Source of the DNA: the human T2T-CHM13v2.0 reference genome, Homo sapiens
Length of the DNA: 64,000 bases
Assembly (NCBI RefSeq): GCF_009914755.1
Contig: NC_060930.1
Strand: one strand, 5' to 3'
The position numbers and the translations under genes are program-made. The notes under the pieces were generated by a model that worked only from the letters and a program-made list of their open reading frames with translations, was not told the DNA's origin and searched no databases. This document shows, piece by piece, positions 1 to 13,660 of this stretch (the first letter of the stretch is position 1; the number at the start of each line of letters is the position of its first letter).

Positions 1-596
<596 letters not shown>

Positions 597-624
597 TGCG
601 ATCAACTTTAATGAACATTTATTG

Positions 625-1125
625 ATTTTATTTTTATTATTTTTTTACTTTTAGGTTCAAGGGTACATATGCAGGTTTCTTACACAGGTAAACTCATGTC
701 ACGGGGGTTTGTTGTACAGATTATTTCATCACCCAGGTACTGAGCCTAGTACCCAATAGTTCTTCTTTCTGCTCCTCTCCCTCCACCCTCCACTCTCTGA
801 TGGGCCCCCGTGTCTGTTGTTCCCCTCTTTGTGTCCATGAGTTCTCATCATTTAACTCCCACGTGTAAGTGAGAACATGCGGTATTTGGTTTTCTGTTCC
901 TATGTCAGTTTGCTAAAGACGATGGCCTCCAGCTCCATCCATGTTCCTGCAGAAGAATGACCTCATTGCTTGTTATGGCTGCATAGTATCCCATGGTGTA
1001 TATGTACCACATTTTTGTTATCCAATCTGTCATTGACGGGCATTTAAGTTGATTCCATGTCTTTGCTACTGAGAACAGTGCTGCAGTGAACATTCACGTG
1101 CATGTGTCTATAGAGTAGAATGATT
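625..1125 (-). mobile_element. L1 3' end (older primate L1PA/L1PB type), 5'-truncated
   Basis: T-rich tail, L1 3'UTR (GTAAGTGAGAACATGCGGTATTTGG); minus ORF 905..1093 MFTAALFSVAKTWNQLKCPSMTDW resembles the L1 ORF2p C-terminus. Confidence 0.92.
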
Positions 1126-1798
1126 AGTTTAAATGGGCAGGGCTGAGACCTATGACTGTTTGTCCTTGCTCCATTCCAGGCATACGGCTCTCTTCTGGTA
1201 CCCACAGTCTCCAAGCCTTGGCCAGAGAGGAATGGCCTGCCTTTCCTTTTTGGAAACGTCTCCAATCAATCTCTTGTGTATCGCATTATCTTTCCGGTGT
1301 TCTGCCTTTCTCCAAACGCCCCCGTGCGTTTTCAAGGTTTATAGACGCGTATCTTGAACTTTAGGTGTTGAGATTTTTTGGTCCATCTTTGACAACACAT
1401 CTGCAGGAAGAAAGCATGAGTTGATCAAAAAGGAAGAAAAAGCTACAAAATCTAGGGCATTATTATTCAGAGGACATTTTCTGGTAGAGTTAGGATAAAT
1501 TTTTTCCAATAAATTAATTTTACAGACTTTTAAGACAGAGCTTTTAGATTAATGGAAATATTACTTAAATTTAAGTTCAGCCCATTAAGTCATCAATCAT
1601 ATTGTTGTTGTAACATCATGTATTTCATGTTCATGACACACACAAATAAAAAAGAAACGACCCAAGAAAGTGATTTGCTTTACTGCTTGGGGTGACCAGA
1701 GCCAAATGCTTGAAAAGATTTTTACCGTTAGTGGCTAAAGCTGAGAGCTTTAACCTGGAGCTGCCGCGAGCTGCCAGAGCAGAGGATGAAGCACGGTC

Positions 1799-1863
1799 GG
1801 ATGAAGATCTGCAGCCTCAGGATGAAGATCTGCAGCCTCAGGATGAAGATCTGCAGCCTCAGG
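1799..1863. repeat. Perfect 21-bp tandem repeat x3 (GGATGAAGATCTGCAGCCTCA)
   Basis: Three identical adjacent units at 1799, 1820 and 1841. Confidence 0.97.
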
Positions 1864-2259
1864 CGACGCTCTTCAGTGCGACAAGGAGGAAGCAACTTCC
1901 ATATTCCCCACACGGAGTAAGAACGCAACTTCCTTACGCGCGTCTGTTTTCTATCTTCCTCCATTCGATTTTTCTTCAGTTTCCCTAATACATTAATTAG
2001 CTGATTCCTATTCTAAGTCCTTTGCTCATTTTATTTTCTTCTCTGCTTCCCTCCAGTTCTGCTCAGTTTGTGCTACCCCTGAGTCTGGAAGACTGACATT
2101 TTCTCCGCTCTCAACTTCCTCTGCTCTTTCCCATGCAGTTCCGGTTCTCACTGTGGCCTTCAGCTCAACCTAGTGCTTTCCTGCACATTAGAAAAGCCAT
2201 GCCCATTTTGGATGGGTGAACTGCAAAATGCTTCCTGCTCTGGGTGGTCATAGACCCGT

Positions 2260-2635
2260 TGTAATAGTCCGTTCTCACACTGCTAATTACCCACGGAGAC
2301 TGGGTAATTTACGAAGAAAAGAGGTTTAGTTGACTCACAGTTTCACAGGCTGTACAGGAAGCATGGCTGGGAGGCCTCAGAAAACTAACAATCATGGCGG
2401 AAGGCGAAGGGGAAGCAAGCACCTTCACGTGGGGGCAGGAGAGAGAGAGAGAGAGAGTGAGAGAGAGTGAAGGGAGAAGTGCCACACACTTTTAACCATC
2501 AGATCTCGTGAGAACTCCTCACTATCACAAGAACAGCAAGGGGGAAATCCACCCCATGGTCCAATCAACCCCCACTAGGCCCCTCCTCCAATTCCATATG
2601 AGATTTGAGCAAGGACACAAGTCCAAACCATATCA
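2260..2635 (-). mobile_element. MSTA-like solo LTR
   Basis: TGTAATAGTCC...CAAACCATATCA termini; 5-bp TSD CCCGT/CCCAT. Confidence 0.9.
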
Positions 2636-2642
2636 CCCATAT

Positions 2643-2996
2643 TGTTTTGGACTGAATGTTTGTGTCCCCACAAAATACACATATTGAAATCCTAACCCCC
2701 CCAGGTGATGGTATTAGGATGGTTTTAGGGATCACTTTTGGGAGGTGACCAGGTCATGAAGCTTCATCAGGGAGTTTATACGAGAGCCTCCAGAGAGCTC
2801 CCTGGCCCTCTTTCTGACATGTGAGGACACAGTGACAAAATGGCCTTCTATGAACCAGGATGTGGGCTCTCACCAGACCCCAATCATGCTGGCACCCTGA
2901 TCTTGAACTTCCAGTCCCCTGACTGTGAGAAGTAAGTTTCTGGTGTTCATAAGCCACGACCTATTCAGTTACAGCAGCCAGAATGGACAAAGCCAC
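2643..2996 (+). mobile_element. MLT1A-like solo LTR
   Basis: GGACTGAATGTTTGTGTCCCC, GTGATGGTATTAGGA, GCTGGCACCCTGATCTTGAACTTCCAG. Confidence 0.85.
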
Positions 2997-3399
2997 ATAT
3001 GCCCAGAGCCCAACCAGGGGTACAGGGTGGATCTGCACCCCATTTAGGCCCGTGACTGAGTGACTTTGTGCAGCACAGATGCAGCACACTCATCTTGGTG
3101 TCCCTGCCCCGCCATCTCCACTGCCCCTTCCTCAATCCGTTGGGCTCTTTGCTCCTCGCTGGCCTGTCCACCACTGGACCCTCTGCTCCACCTTTCAAAT
3201 GTGCTCCTTGTGGTGCCCTTGAGTCCTTTTCCTCCTTTTCTACACATCCCGTGGGTGTGTAGACAAGACTGCTCTCAGGTGTGCCATGGGCCCCTCAGCC
3301 TGGTATATGTACCTGGCAGGATGGCGCTGCCACCCCCAGGACGCCTTTTCCAAGAGCTCCATAGGTGACTGTTGAATGGATGAACGCGTTGCTTCCTGA

Positions 3400-3784
3400 T
3401 GTTAAAACTTTAGCCTAGAGCTGCTTCCTTGTAAGTTGGGCCTAAAGGTTTCTTTGTACATAGTGAGCTATCACTTAGGTGGACATGTAAACAGACTGTA
3501 ATTAATCTACTCTTGTACCAGTCCCTGAGTTTTGGCCAATCGCAGGTGGTCAACCACTCAAACAAGGCAAACGCCCAGCTGTCACTAATCCGGCTGTGTC
3601 TGCACCTGACTTCCGTTTTCTGGGCATCACTTTCCTTTCTCTGTTCATAAATCCTCTCCCACTCTGTGGCAGCACGAGAGTCTCTCTGACCCTATTCTGG
3701 TTCGGGGGTTGCCCGATTTGCGAATCATTCCTTGCTCAATTAAACTCTGTTAAATTTAATTTGTCTAAAGTTTTTCTTTTAACA
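3400..3784 (+). mobile_element. ERV1 solo LTR (MER57-like)
   Basis: TGTTAA...TTAACA termini, TTTAGCCTAGAGCTGC/GGCCTAAAGGTTTCT, CCAAT box, ATTAAA signal; near-TSD CTGA/CTGC. Confidence 0.8.
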
Positions 3785-3955
3785 CTGCCAACCAACCCAT
3801 CAATCTCCCGTGGCTTTCTCTCCCTGCTGCTGCGTGGTGCTGAGGAAGTTGTCATACAGACGAGCTGACAATCCAAATTCCTGCAGGAAGACGTGGCCTG
3901 CCTGCCTCAGTGCTGCTGGGACAACCTTTGACTCATTTCAAAATGACCTCTTCTT

Positions 3956-4250
3956 GGCCAGGCGCAGTGGCTCTCGACTGTAATCCTAGCACTTTGGGAG
4001 GTCGAGGTGGGTGGATCACCCGAGGTCAGGAGTTCAAGACCAGCCTGGCCAACAATGTTGAAACCCCATCACTACTAAAAATACAAAAATTAGCCGGGCA
4101 TGGTGGCTCATGCCTGTAGTCTCAGCTACTCAGGGGGCTGAGGTAGGGGAATCACTTGAACCCAGGAGGTGGAGGTTGCAGTGACCCGAGATCGCCCCTC
4201 AGAAAAATTTTAAAAAACCAAAAAAACCCCAAAAAACAAACAAAAAACCC
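3956..4250 (+). mobile_element. AluS with deletion near 3' end
   Basis: Alu dimer; TSD CAAAATGACCTCTTCT at 3939 and 4251. Confidence 0.95.
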
Positions 4251-4746
4251 CAAAATGACCTCTTCTCAAAGGTCCCATAGAATGTATCACCAAAATCCCC
4301 ACTCTTCTCCAACTCCTCCATGAACATCCAGTTTCTGGAAGAGGATGTCTTAACTCCTACCTTACCAAATAAACTTGCAGAAACTCGAGGCCATCTGAGT
4401 TCTTCCAACTTCGATGTTGTTCATTTTCGTTATATCCTCATGCACTTTCGATGCCTCCTTCACACCTCAGAAAGAGATGAGTTCTTTCTTCTCCACCAGG
4501 CTAACCCTTCCATGTAGACCATGAATCAAAGCGTTGACCGTCTCTTCTGCACATGGGCTGGCCCTGTCTTTGCTGTGGATTGAATCTCTTGTGCCTTCTC
4601 CTTTGCCTCCATTCCCCATACTGGTCCCTTTTCTGGTCCTCACTGCCTCTGACCTGGCTTTGGCAGCAGTTTCTCATCAGGGTGGACCTTCTCCAAGTGC
4701 TCCTCCTTCAACCCTTACACACTCTAGCTTTGTCCTTCAAAAGCAC

Positions 4747-5048
4747 TTTTTTTTTTTTTTTTTTTTTGAGACAGAGTCTCACTCTGTTGCCCAGGCTGGA
4801 GTGCAGTGGCACGATCTTGGCTCACTGCAACCTCTACCTCCCGGGTTCGAGTGATTCTGTTGCCTTAGCCTCCTGAGTAGCTGGGATTATAGGCGCGCGC
4901 CACCATGCCTGGCTAATTTTGTATTTTTAGTAGAGACGGGGTTTCACCACGTTGGCCAGGCTGGTCTTGAACTCTCAACCTCAGGTGATCTGCCCTCCTC
5001 AGACTCCCAAAGTGCTGGGATTACAGGCGTGAGCCACCACGCCCAGCC
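4747..5048 (-). mobile_element. AluSx-like
   Basis: Poly-T then full reverse Alu; TSD AAAGCAC. Confidence 0.95.
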
Positions 5049-5692
5049 CCAAAGCACAATTTTTGTTAAAGCACTTCCACTCCAAAGGAAAAAAATCAGT
5101 TAAAGCCTTACCAGTTACTTATACACAATGGATTCCAAATTCCATAGCCTGCCCTTCATGGGTCTACATAGTCTGAGTTCAATGGGAAACTGCAGCCTTA
5201 ATTTCCATAATTTCCCCATTTTTACCACAGCCAGTGGAAATGTTTTCTCTTGTTCAGTTGTACCCATGGTTGGAGCCTCATTTTTTATTCATGTGTACGT
5301 GCTACGTGACGTGCTTTTTCTCAGCATCCACATACCAGAATATTACTGAACTCCGTAGTGCAGGTGAACAGCCACCTTTTCCTCTAAGCCCATACTCTAC
5401 CCTCCCTGTGAACAGAGGCCTCTGCCTTCTCTGAATTCATTCAGCCTGTCATGATCTCTTCCTTGTGACCTTTCTTACTTCTTGTGATGTTGTTTGTATA
5501 CTCATGCCTTATCACGCCTTCTGAACCATAAACTTCTTGGAGGGCATGACCCCAATAGGGTCATCTTTGTGTGTTCAAAGTCCCTTCCCCACAGGAGGGT
5601 TTTTTTTTTTTAATTTAACTCAGTATTTTTTCTTATTTATTTATTGTCCATCTAAGAAAATGCCTGTTTCTTAAAAGCATTTAGGGCAACTT

Positions 5693-6018
<326 letters not shown>

Positions 6019-6200
6019 TTACAATAAAGGCCAAAACACAGGATGAGATTGGTAAAATAAATCCAAAAATCGGAAGGCACAGGAGACAGTGGTGAGAGGT
6101 TTGAGCAGACAATTCACACACACAAGGTGTTGAGCTGGCCAAAGGCTCAGGGAAAACCCTCTGCTTCACTAGCAAGCTAAGACACAAAATGAAAGTAGCT

Positions 6201-6523
6201 GGCTGGGCGTGGTGGCTCACACCTGTAATCCCAGCACTTTGGGAGACTGAGGTGGGCAGATCACCTGAGGCCAGGAGTTCGGGACCAACCTGGCCAACAT
6301 GGTGAAACCCCGTCTCTACTAAAATACAAAAATTAGCTGGGTGTGGTGGCACATGCCTGTAATTCCAGCTACTCAGGAGGCTGAGGCATGAGAATTGCTT
6401 GAACCTGGGAGGCCGAGGTTGCACTGAGCCGAGATCACACCACTGCACTCCATCCTGGATGACAGAGCGAGACTCTATCTCAAAAAAAGAAACAAAAACA
6501 AAAACAAACAAACAAAAAACAAC
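6201..6523 (+). mobile_element. AluSx-like
   Basis: Full dimer, (CAAA)n tail, TSD GAAAGTAGC. Confidence 0.95.
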
Positions 6524-6750
6524 GAAAGTAGCCATGTATTCCTATTTTTTAACTATTTTGTGGGCAACCGGTAGAGGAAGATCACAGTCCCCAGTGTGGA
6601 AGAAGTTGTAGGAAGTGAACACTTTTATGTACCAGTATTGGTGTTTATGTTTATCATAAACTTCCTGTAGGCTACTTTGTCAATGTTTACAAAAATGTAA
6701 ATATTGTTGGGTCTAGCAATTTTACCTATTAGAAATATATATATATATAA

Positions 6751-7043
<293 letters not shown>

Positions 7044-7575
7044 ACTTCTTAGAAATATTTCTATGGAAATAATTGTGGATAAGCACAGATATTAAGTAAC
7101 ATAATTGAAATATAACTATTTGTCTTTTTTCTTGCGCTGAACACATTTATCCTATTGTCATTGATATAATTATTATTTTTTCATCCCTAATATATGGAGT
7201 TTCAAAATGACAATATTAACACTGCAACTAGTGAAAAATAGAGACAGCACTTTGGGATGGCTTTGAAGTGTTTTGGCTTTAGGATATATCCCATTAGGGA
7301 CATACCATCAGAATATTGTGTTTTAAGGTTATTATAAGAATTATTCTCTGTGTGGATATGACACCAGTTGGATATTCTTTTGATTTCAGTGTTATGAAAG
7401 ATCACTTTTTAAAAAATTTAATTTTGCTCTTTAAAATTTGAAAAACATGATATGGATTCAAAGCCAGCACTCTTTGGAGAGGTGTCTTCAGTGAGGTCCA
7501 ACTCCTGTCCTCACTCCTCCCCCATGTCTCCTGGATTCCTACCTCACTCCCCGCCCCTCACCGCCCCCCCCCGCC

Positions 7576-7873
7576 TTTTTGTTTTTTTGAGACAGAGTCT
7601 CGCTCTGTCACTCGGGCTGGAGCGCAGTAGTATGATCTCAGCTCACTGTAACCTCCACCTCCCAGGTTCAAGCAATTCTCGTGCCTCAGCCCCTTAAGTA
7701 GCTGGGATTACAGACATGTGCCACCACACCCAGCTCATTTTTTTTGTATTTTTAGTAGAGACAGGGTTTCACCATGTTGCCCAAACTGGTCTCGAACTCC
7801 TGAGCTAAGGTGATCTGCCTGCCTTGGCCTCCCAAACTGTTGGGATTACAGACGTGAGCCAGTGCGCCCAGTC
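7576..7873 (-). mobile_element. Alu (older S/J)
   Basis: Reverse Alu dimer. Confidence 0.93.
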
Positions 7874-7899
7874 TTCCTTTTTTTTTTTTTTTTTCCATA

Positions 7900-8472
7900 A
7901 ATGGTAACATCCTGGTAATACTGTCCTCCATCTTCATTTTTCACTTAATCTATCTTGTAGATCACTGCATAGCCATAGAGAGAATTTGCTTTTCCTTTCA
8001 CAACTACATAGTATTCTGTTGTATCAGGGTTTAATATATTTGACTCCCTATCAATGGACATTTCAGTTAACAGTCTTCATAATCATGGACAGTACCAAGT
8101 AAGTGGCCTCGTGAAGGTGTCCTTTTGTGTTTTTGCCAGTGTGCCTGTGGTACAGGCTCCTAGATATGGGACCGATGGATCAAAGAGGTGATGCAGATGT
8201 CATTCTGTCAACTCCTGCTGAACCCCCTCTACAGGGGCTGTGTTATCCTTTGCGTTCCCACCAGCAGTGGATGAGTGCCTCTCCCTCCAGCTTTGTCTGC
8301 AGTGTGTTGTCAAGCTGTGAGATTTCTGCTAATGTAATTGATGAGAAATGGCACCTCAGTATAGTTTCAACCAGTGGTCCTCTTATTTTTAGCAAAGTTG
8401 AGCAGCTTCTCTTCTGTGTCACTTGCGTCTCTTTCTAAGGAACTGTCTCTTCATATGTCTTGCCCATTTTCC
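7900..8472 (-). mobile_element. Ancient L1 (L1ME-like) 3' region
   Basis: TTCCCACCAGCAGTGGATGAGTG, GAGAAATGGCACCTCAG, CTGTCTCTTCATATGTCTTGCCCATTTT resemble reverse L1M 3' sequence. Confidence 0.65.
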
Positions 8473-9070
8473 TTTAGTCTTAAGGGTCAAAACAATTTAG
8501 AGCACGCTTTAGTCTTAAGGGTGAAAACAATTTTCATTCCTGTTTTTTCCTGCTACCTTCTTTGGCTGTGAGGAGATGGTGGGACCCAGGGAATGACATA
8601 GCCTATCAAAACAGAAGCCTTACATTTACATAGTTACCAGTTTTATTTAAAGAACTTGGACTTCCTCAACTGTCAATTAGATCTAATGACTGATATTTCA
8701 TGGTGTCAATCCCTCCAGTCAAAGACGACCAGGAGCACGGTTGACAAGTTGGGTTTTTTCTTGAGGGAGAACACACACCAGTGGGAACATAGGCACTGCA
8801 GTAAGTGGGAGTGAGAGAGGACTGATGGGACCTGGGCTTTGGCTGGGTTATTCTAGGGGGCTTGAGAAGGCAGAGCTTTGCTCTGGGCAGGATGCTGCAG
8901 GAAGTGGGGGTGATTGCATGACTGAGCATCTTAATAAATCTCTGCAGGAGGGAAGACCAGACCAGGCTAAGGCTATCATTATGTAGAGAATTGGGCGTCA
9001 CCCATATTAGCCTGGACACAGGAATGCTGGCTATTTTGTGGCCCAGACAATGTCTGTGTTTTGCTTGTGC

Positions 9071-9196
9071 TGATGGTGCTTAACCATTAGAAACCACCCC
9101 CATGGTCCAGTCAGCTCCCACCAGGCCCCACCTCCAACACCGGGGATCACAGTGCAACATGAGATTTGGGTGGGGACACAGAGCCAAACCATATCA
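9071..9196 (-). mobile_element. MST LTR fragment
   Basis: CCCACCAGGCCCCACCTCCAACAC...GAGATTTGGGTGGGGACACAGAGCCAAACCATATCA. Confidence 0.85.
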
Positions 9197-11285
9197 GGAA
9201 TAATCTTGTTCGTGTCTTGATCCATACTGTCACAAAATGGCCTTGTCGGTAAATGTGTGATGTGACATCTTGTGAAATTGTTCAGCAAGAGAACACCAAA
9301 GCTCACCAGGCCAGCTCACAGCGGCACCAGCGCCTGGAAGACAGGGCCTGGGCAGCTCTGCTCTTCTCAATGGGCGCCTGCAAGAAAGCCTTGGCCCTGT
9401 CCTATTTGTAATGTTGTAGTGCTGAGTGACCTATATGTAATGTTGAGTGATTATAACCCCGAGGGAGATGACAGTGCCATATTTTGGCACTTATTTCACA
9501 TCATATTGTGTAGTATCTCATCACACTGTGTTCCACCTGAGAGAGGGTCAGCATCCAGCACACAGTCACCCATCTTTCTGGCTCAGCCTTTCAATATCCT
9601 GGAGGTCTTGTTAAAGTGATTTGGCTAAAGGGAGCGGGATCTGGCTTCCAAGAGAAATCTGACTCAGGAGGGAGAAAAGGAGAGGAGGAGAGGAGAGAGG
9701 CCATCTGCCCTGGGGGTAGTGGGGAGTCAGCTCCAGAGCTGGGAATTCGGAGGGCTGGGAGTCCCCCACTTTTCTACTCTTTTCCTTAAAATCTGCCCCC
9801 CTCCACTTCTGAAAGTGTATCCTCCTCTAGGGTAAATGTAAATAAATAATAAACCAGAGAAAAGAGGCTTGAGCACACTTGTAATCTGGGGAATTGGAAG
9901 TAGAAGTCATTCTTCTGTTTCAGAAGGCTCTCACAAGGAGACTGCGGTTACCACGCTTCCTGAAGTACATCTTGGTCTGATGAAAAACTTTAATACAACA
10001 TGTAAGACTCTGGAACATCTCATGACATAAACAATTCATACTTTAGGTTTTAAAAATAACATATTAGACCAATGAGAATGTAGACATTTAGGTAATTAGA
10101 AGGAGCACCACACTCGAACACTGAAGACAGGATTGCAGCCACCTGGAAAGTGACATCACTTTTCTGAAATTTGCTGTTTTCGTTTACAAGAAATCCTTCT
10201 CGTGTAGTTGTGATAATGATTAAATGTGAGAGTGTGTTTTTTACAGCATCTAGTACACTTCCTGACACATAGACATACACAGTAAACAATGGCCAATCAT
10301 AGCAATAATGACTCTGAATATTCTGCCTTCATAGAAAATATTTTGTACATGTCTAGCAAATTACTGACATGGCCATATCGTCTCTTCATAAAGTGACTTA
10401 AAGTTGTAATGCAAGGGTCCTAACTGGGTTTGGCTACTTAGCCTGGATGCCAAAAGTTAAAAAATAATGAGAGTGCTGGAGTCAGCAGAACCACGGGGAG
10501 GCTGCACACACTGTTCTTGAAAAAGAAGTTGCAACCTGCCCAGCTGCTCCTGGAACTCCGTGTGCAGGGCGGGTGGCAGCTGTCGGATCCACCAGGTAGA
10601 TATCTGGAGAGCCACACCTTCACTGTGAGAGTCTCACCTGAGCACAGCCCTGCCCTGGGTTAGGATGTGTCTGAGGAGGAACCCTGTCCCACTTGTCTAA
10701 TCTCGCTTCTGGCAATGATTTTTCTGCCCCAGAGATACTAAAGAGACAGTGTAGCCTCGAAACCCGTTGGGGAGAGACCAGAACCAGGCTCTCCACTTGC
10801 TGGGACCTGAAATGAACAGCGCCTTCTTAGGCACCCCAGCACCCTGACTCCATGGAGCAGTCCTATGGGGGTGGAGTTGCTATCAGTCCTGTCAGGGCCC
10901 CAGGAGCAAGAGTGGATTTGCCTCTGGCAGGGAGAAATGCCACTTTGGAAGGAAAGAAAGGAAGTTGTGGATACTTGGAAATTATCTGATTGGATTCAGC
11001 TTTTTCCACCGGAGAAACAACTTTTGCTACTCTATCTAAACCTTCTCCCCTGCACGCCATGTCTGTCATGTACTTGAATCCAAAGATCTAAGAGTTTCCA
11101 AAGCTTATGGAGCAGAATCAACAAAACCAGCATTTAAAAATATATCTTCTTATGGCTTCTGTGAAGTGACCTCCGAGAAGAATCCAATCAATAGTGTTTT
11201 CAACCACATTAATCTGGACTAGACGATACTGTGCCCTTAGTCTAATGCATCGATTACTTGGTTATTGATAGTAAAGCTAATTGCC

Positions 11286-11477
11286 ATATATATAAAAATA
11301 TATATGAATATATATAAATATATATGAATATATAAATATATAAATATATATACATATATAAAAATATATAAATATATAAATATATACATATATATAAAAA
11401 TATATATAAATATATTTATATATAAATATATATAAATATATATACACATATATATAAATATATGTGTATATATATTT
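11286..11477. repeat. (TA)n-rich microsatellite occupying an Alu tail
   Basis: ~190 bp of TATATAAATA/TATACA units directly before a reverse Alu. Confidence 0.95.
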
Positions 11478-11748
<271 letters not shown>

Positions 11749-11976
11749 GCCAATTATATTTTGAGCATATCCAAAAGTTGACAGTCTTTACCTTTGGCAG
11801 TGGTGTAGAAATGGACAATATACATTTTGGATGGCTTCTTTTCTTTTTAAAACATGAAATGCTTTGGGGATGAAAATAGTTACCCGGAGGCCGTGTGATT
11901 TTAAAAAAGTTGTTGAAGTCTTAAATGATCCAGAATTATTGACTCAAAACTCACTAAACACTTATACGCTGAGCAT

Positions 11977-12494
11977 TGTGGCATGCAAAATAATGGCCCC
12001 CAAGTGGTCCTCATCCCAATCCCCAGAACCTGGGAACAGGTTAGGCTACGTGGCAAAGGGAAATGAAGGTTGTTGTAGACGGAGTTAAGGTTGGTAGTCG
12101 GCCAACTTTAAAATAGGAAGATTATTCTAGATTATCTGGGTGGGCTCAGTGTAATCAAAAGGGTCCTTAAATGTGGAAAAGGGGGGCAGAAGAGTCAGGG
12201 TCCAGGTGATATAATGGGAGAGAGACTTGAATGGCCATTGCTGGCTCTGAAGGTGGAGGTGCCATGAGCCAAGGAATGTGGGCAACCCATGAAAGCTGGA
12301 CAAAGCAGGAAACAGGGCCTACTTGTCTACCCCAGGGCCTCCAGGAAGAAAGTAGCCCTGCCCACACCTTGGGTTTAAGCCAGTGAGGTGTATGTCAGAC
12401 ATCTGACCTCCAGAACTGTAAGACAGCCAATCTGTGCTGTTATAAGCCATTGCATCTGTGGCGCACGTTTGCAGCAGCAATAGGGAACAACACC
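11977..12494 (+). mobile_element. MLT1D-like solo LTR
   Basis: TGTGG...AATAATGGCCCC start, GATTATTCTAGATTATCTGGGTGGGC, GACCTCCAGAACTGTAAGA, GCAGCAATAGGGAAC end; probable TSD AGCAT/AGCAC. Confidence 0.88.
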
Positions 12495-13332
12495 AGCACC
12501 TTCCACATTCCAGGCTCCCGCGCTAGGCTCTGCCACAGTGGACTCCTGATCTCGTGGGAGAGGAAGCCAAGGTGCTTGGACGCCACAGGGTAGCTGCTTA
12601 GAGTCCAGGTCTTCTCCTCACCTCAGTTCCTATCCAATAGTGCTGTGTGACAGGCTGTCAACCTGGTGAGGGAGGAAGCAGGGTAGAAAATCACTGAACT
12701 CAGTGAAAAAGAAATCATGGCATTCGGTGGAGAAGAACTGGTGTTTGAAATTGTTTATCAGACTTCCTTCTTACTCCTGTAAATTGCATTACATATTAAG
12801 AATTTTTGTTCCCCACCGGTTGTTTTGACATCATGTAGACACAAGGTAACTGCTTTCCAATCAATTCCTTCTTCTTGTGGCCAACTTAATTGACTTATGG
12901 TCAGCGCAATCCGATGAGAGGTTACCCTAAGCATCTGTCCAAAGGGTCTGGCTGCCTGGCCGTGCCCCCGGGTCCTCCTGGAGGTCAGGAGCAGCCCTTT
13001 GACTTGTGCGAGGTCAGGACCCCTGCTTGCTGGTTATGGGCGCTCCTGCTGCGAACTGGTTGGACTTGGTTTTGTCAGTGGGCACTGAAGGAGAAAGGGG
13101 AGGTTTGGGGTCGGGACAAGGGACTGGGCAGGACGTGCTGACACTTGGGAATGCCGGCAAGCAAGTCAGGGCAAAGCGCTGAACCTAAATCCGACCGCGG
13201 AGGAGAATCAGGACCGCGCGGAAGGTCGCGGGGGCTCCTCGTGCTTTTCCACTGCTGAGGCCCAGGCAGCACTCGCCGTATTAGGGCCGCAGCCGGTCCA
13301 GGCCAAGCACACAGATGAGTGCGCCTTTCCTC

Positions 13333-13567
13333 CGTGAGCTGAGCGTCGGACTTCCGACCTCCAGAGCGGTAAGACGGCCTAAGCCACGACATCTGTGGTG
13401 CATTTTTGTAGCAGCAATAGAGAACTGACGCCAGCGCCTGCCACGGTCCAGGCTCGGCGTTGGGTCCTGCCACAGCGGACTCCGGGTCTCGTGGGAGGGG
13501 GAGCCAGGGCTGTTGGGCGCAGCCGGGTAACTGCTCAGAGGGCTCATGTCGAGCCCCTCGGTTTCCT
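13333..13567 (+). repeat. Diverged local duplicate of 12382-12631 (MLT1D 3' end plus unique flank)
   Basis: Collinear blocks GACCTCCAGA, GTAAGAC, TAAGCCA, CATCTGTGG, GCAGCAATAG, TCCAGGCTC, CTGCCACAG, GGACTCC, TCTCGTGGGAG in both copies. Confidence 0.9.
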
Positions 13568-13660
13568 CCGTCCTCGCGAGTCAGGCGGCCTCTGCCGGGC
13601 GGGAGGCGGCAGATGGGTCCTAGTGGACCCCGCGCTCCTGGGGGCCTGGGGGCGAGGCGC

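Noticed and set aside
1799-1863. 21-bp repeats as a CRISPR array or synthetic linker (contain BglII, PstI, Bsu36I sites)
   Set aside because: Units abut with no spacers, there are no cas genes or vector sequence, and a partial precursor copy lies just upstream.
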